A DNA stretch of 64,000 bases from Nitrospirota bacterium (GTDB lineage: Bacteria; Nitrospirota; UBA9217), in assembly GCA_963740085.1 (NCBI GenBank), contig CAVUCU010000001.1, forward strand, positions 384,001 to 448,000, read 5' to 3'. The position numbers were made by a program, and so were the translations under genes. Positions 61,136-64,000 of this stretch are shown here, piece by piece; position 1 is the first letter of the stretch; each line of letters begins with the position of its first letter. Below the pieces are notes generated by a model. The model had not been told where the DNA came from and made no database searches. It saw only the letters and a program-made list of their open reading frames with translations.

Positions 61136-61203
61136 AGAAGCCAGAAGTCAGAAACCGGAATGAATCTCCTGAATTCTGCCTCCTGGCTCCTGAATCCTGC
61201 TGG
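61136..61203. repeat. Heptamer-periodic hairpin between rplI and dnaB
   Basis: GAAGCCA GAAGTCA GAAACCG versus TCCTGAA TTCTGCC TCCTGGC TCCTGAA. Confidence 0.7.
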
Positions 61204-61211
61204 TTTTAGAG

Positions 61212-61658
61212 CTACTCTTCCGCGATCACCGAGACCTTGAATTCCGCGAGAATGTCGGCATGCAGCTTCACGGAGACGGTATAGTCGCCGAGACGCTTGA
61301 GCGGCTCATCGAGGACGATCTTCCGTTTGTCGATCTCTACACCCTGCGCCTTCGCCGCCTCAGCGATGTCCATCGAGGTAACGGAACCGAAGAGCTTGCC
61401 CTCTTCACCGGTCTTGGCCTTGATGACGACGGAAAGTCCTCTGATCCGTTCGGCTTCCCCTGTGGCCTCTTTCTTTATCTTGCGGACGCGGTCCGAGACC
61501 ATCTTCTTCGCGTGATTCATGGCGTTAAGATTATTGGGCGTCGCCTCAATAGCCTTCTTGTTGGGCACCAGAAAGTTCCTGGCATAGCCGTCCGCAACCT
61601 TGACGAGGTCGCCTATTTTGCCCAATTTGTCGATATCTTCCCGTAAAATTACCTGCAT
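61212..61658 (-). CDS. rplI: 50S ribosomal protein L9
   Basis: MQVIL..LGKIGDLVKVADGYARNFL, GKLFGSVT. Confidence 0.97.
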   Translation of the reverse strand: MQVILREDIDKLGKIGDLVKVADGYARNFLVPNKKAIEATPNNLNAMNHAKKMVSDRVRKIKKEATGEAERIRGLSVVIKAKTGEEGKLFGSVTSMDIAEAAKAQGVEIDKRKIVLDEPLKRLGDYTVSVKLHADILAEFKVSVIAEE

Positions 61659-61694
61659 TGCTGATACGACTCCTTTCAAATGTTCTGTGCCGAG

Positions 61695-61724
61695 ATACTA
61701 CCAGAAACCGGGGCAGGGTGTCAA
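61695..61724 (-). promoter_or_regulatory. sigma70 promoter for rplI-dnaB
   Basis: TTGACA-18-TAGTAT with TG extended -10. Confidence 0.5.
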
Positions 61725-61777
61725 CAAGGAATTGTTCCGGTGCATCGTCCCGTTGCGCAGCCGCTTTTTATCGTGCC

Positions 61778-62992
61778 CTATGATGAGACCCGGTCCTTGC
61801 CGCCCTTTTTTGCCTTGTATAAATTCTCGTCCGCTCTCCTGATGATATCGTCCACTGACCGGTCGCTCTCCTGGACACACACTACCCCAAGGCTCAGGGT
61901 AACAGGGGTCTTCCCGATCAACTCTTTCTTGACACTGGTGCGAATTCTTTCGGCGAGGCCCCTGGCTTCTTCCAGGCCGGTGTCCGGCAAGATGATGAGA
62001 AATTCCTCTCCCCCGTAACGGCCAAGGATGTCGTAGGCACGGACGGTGCCCCGCATCCGGGCGGAAATGACCGAGAGGACATGATCCCCGATCTGGTGGC
62101 CGTAGGAATCGTTGATGTCCTTGAAATTGTCAATGTCCATCATGATACAGCTCACGTCCGTTTTCAGCCGCTTGTACTTTTCAAACTCTTCCTCAAAACG
62201 CAATAAAATCTGACGCCGGTTGAACAGTTCTGTCAATGCATCGGTTACGGCGATCTTCTCGATCGTCTCCCGCGCCTCGTCGAGACTTTTTATCAACCGT
62301 GACATAAAAAAATTGATCACTCCCAACAGGAGCAGGGTTGTGATAATGCCGAATACTACAATGGCAATGGTATTGGACCTGATCTTGCTCTGAAGGTCAT
62401 CGATGTCGAAGGAAATGCTGATGCCTCCCCGTACCTGTCCGAGAGCATAGTTCTGGTGTTTATGACATTGCAAACAGTCTTTTTCAATAAAGAGCGGCGC
62501 CATGTACCTGAAATAGGTCCTGTTGTTGATCCGTTCCGTGCGGGACACTTCCTTCGTTGCGCCCGTTTCCAACTGGAGAAGAGCCTTTCTTTCGAACTCG
62601 TCGGGCTCGTTATGAGGGTTCATGAGCTTCAGGCTGGTAATATGGAACTTGAACAGCCCTTCTTTCTCGGCATATTCCGATATCTCACGGGTCATGAATG
62701 CCGGATTTCTCAGGGTAAAGACCCTCCCGTCAACGGTCTTGATATCAGGGTTTATCAGGTAAGGATTGGATACCACGCCCTTTTTCTTCTCTACATACAC
62801 GCCGCCGTAATTCGCATTCCACTTTCTCGTCAGAACGATGGTGTTAAAGACGACCCGCGCCTGGATGATATTCTCTTCATTCATCAGTTGCCTGGTCCGT
62901 ATGGCCATATCAAGGAATATCCCGGACAGGACCAGCGCGATGACCAGGCTCGTTGAAAGGATGAATGTCCTATAAATGTTATTCTCTTTCAT
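61778..62992 (-). CDS. Diguanylate cyclase with periplasmic DUF3365/Tll0287-like heme c sensor
   Basis: Two TMs, NPAFMTRE, TSLK..NP.NEPD, CLQCH, RGGIS; RAYD I-site and GGEEF. Confidence 0.9.
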   Translation of the reverse strand: MKENNIYRTFILSTSLVIALVLSGIFLDMAIRTRQLMNEENIIQARVVFNTIVLTRKWNANYGGVYVEKKKGVVSNPYLINPDIKTVDGRVFTLRNPAFMTREISEYAEKEGLFKFHITSLKLMNPHNEPDEFERKALLQLETGATKEVSRTERINNRTYFRYMAPLFIEKDCLQCHKHQNYALGQVRGGISISFDIDDLQSKIRSNTIAIVVFGIITTLLLLGVINFFMSRLIKSLDEARETIEKIAVTDALTELFNRRQILLRFEEEFEKYKRLKTDVSCIMMDIDNFKDINDSYGHQIGDHVLSVISARMRGTVRAYDILGRYGGEEFLIILPDTGLEEARGLAERIRTSVKKELIGKTPVTLSLGVVCVQESDRSVDDIIRRADENLYKAKKGGKDRVSS

Positions 62993-63002
62993 CGCGCAGA
63001 CG

Positions 63003-64000
63003 TCAACTCCCGCTCACTTTCTTTTTGAGATCATGAAGCGTATTCATGGCATCGAGCGGCGTCATGGCATTAAGGTCCAGGTCCGCTATCTCTTTAAATA
63101 TCAGGCCTGCCTCGCTGGCGAACAGGCCGAGCTGTGGTTCCACCTTTGCAGCTTTTCCGGCTTTTGCGTTTTTCTCCCCGCGTCCGTACGCGCCTTCTCC
63201 CGGTCCGATCTTTGACGCCGCCACCGGCTCGCCCTCGTCGTTGAACTCGGCCTTTTCGAGATTAGCAAGAACTTCCCGCGCACGCTGGATCACCGCTTCC
63301 GGGAGTCCCGCGAGGCGCGCCACCTGAATGCCGTAGGACTTGTCCGCTCCGCCTTCGACAACGCGCCGGAGAAAGATGATCTGGTCGTTCCATTCTTTGA
63401 TAGACACGGTATAGTTCTTCACCCGGTCCATGGTGAGCGCGAGTTCCGTAAGTTCATGGTAGTGCGTGGCGAACAGGGTCCGTGCCCTGATCTTCGTATG
63501 GATGTATTCAGCCACGGCCCAGGCAATGCTGATGCCGTCGAAGGTGCTCGTGCCTCTGCCGATCTCGTCGAGGATGATGAGGCTCCGGTCCGTCGCGTTG
63601 TTCAGGATATTGGCCGTCTCGTTCATCTCGACCATGAAGGTGCTCTGGCCTCGCGTGATGAAATCCGATGCCCCGATGCGCGTAAACACCCGGTCCACGA
63701 TGCCTATCTGCGCCTCGCGCGCGGGAACAAAGCCGCCCATCTGGGCCATGATCGTGATGACCGCCACCTGCCGCATGTAGGTGGACTTGCCCGCCATGTT
63801 CGGCCCCGTGAGGATCACCAGCTGGTTCTCTTCGCAGTCCAGGAGCGTGTCGTTCGGAATGAACCGCTCTTCGAGCGCGAGCTGCTCAACGACGGGATGT
63901 CTGCCCTCGACGATCTTGAGCATATCGCCTTCGAGGATCATTGGCCGCGCATAATTGTTCTTTGCCGCGGCCTCGGCAAGCGAGACCAGGCTGTCGAGCA
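63003..64000 (-). CDS. mutS: DNA mismatch repair protein MutS (3' part; runs off the window)
   Basis: [47 protein letters not shown]. Confidence 0.97.
   Translation of the reverse strand, partial: LDSLVSLAEAAAKNNYARPMILEGDMLKIVEGRHPVVEQLALEERFIPNDTLLDCEENQLVILTGPNMAGKSTYMRQVAVITIMAQMGGFVPAREAQIGIVDRVFTRIGASDFITRGQSTFMVEMNETANILNNATDRSLIILDEIGRGTSTFDGISIAWAVAEYIHTKIRARTLFATHYHELTELALTMDRVKNYTVSIKEWNDQIIFLRRVVEGGADKSYGIQVARLAGLPEAVIQRAREVLANLEKAEFNDEGEPVAASKIGPGEGAYGRGEKNAKAGKAAKVEPQLGLFASEAGLIFKEIADLDLNAMTPLDAMNTLHDLKKKVSGS

Overview
Chromosomal window from a moderately GC-rich diderm bacterium. The gene content (V/A-type ATPase, multiheme cytochromes, Geobacter-like pilY1-fimU-pilVWX-Ig cluster) suggests Nitrospirota or Desulfobacterota, which is an inference. 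It carries V/A-ATPase genes G-I-K, a geranylgeranyl-reductase-family flavoprotein, a B12/radical-SAM operon, an NtrY-like kinase, a TsaP-like LysM lipoprotein, ald, an atypical glmS (Cys1->Ser), a 7-CxxCH 804-aa cytochrome, accD, the full trpEGDCFBA operon, a lone type IIA topoisomerase B subunit, maf, two tandem type IV minor-pilin clusters (one with a heavily frameshifted pilY1), MEMO/AmmeMemoRadiSam-B, dnaB, rplI, a heme-c diguanylate cyclase and the 3' part of mutS. No rRNA, tRNA, CRISPR, transposase, integrase or reverse transcriptase was recognised. The most unusual non-gene signal is about a dozen imperfect hairpins with short-period (7, 8 or 9 nt) tandem arms of unrelated sequence. They sit in operon junctions and are sometimes translated in frame inside conserved genes; one family has three homologous copies. 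Other hidden items are three sigma54 promoters (one driving a structured ~230-nt leader or sRNA), a Zn-ribbon regulator with two in-frame TGA codons, and a tupB relic. Many frameshifts cluster at 50-58 kb and may be assembly errors.
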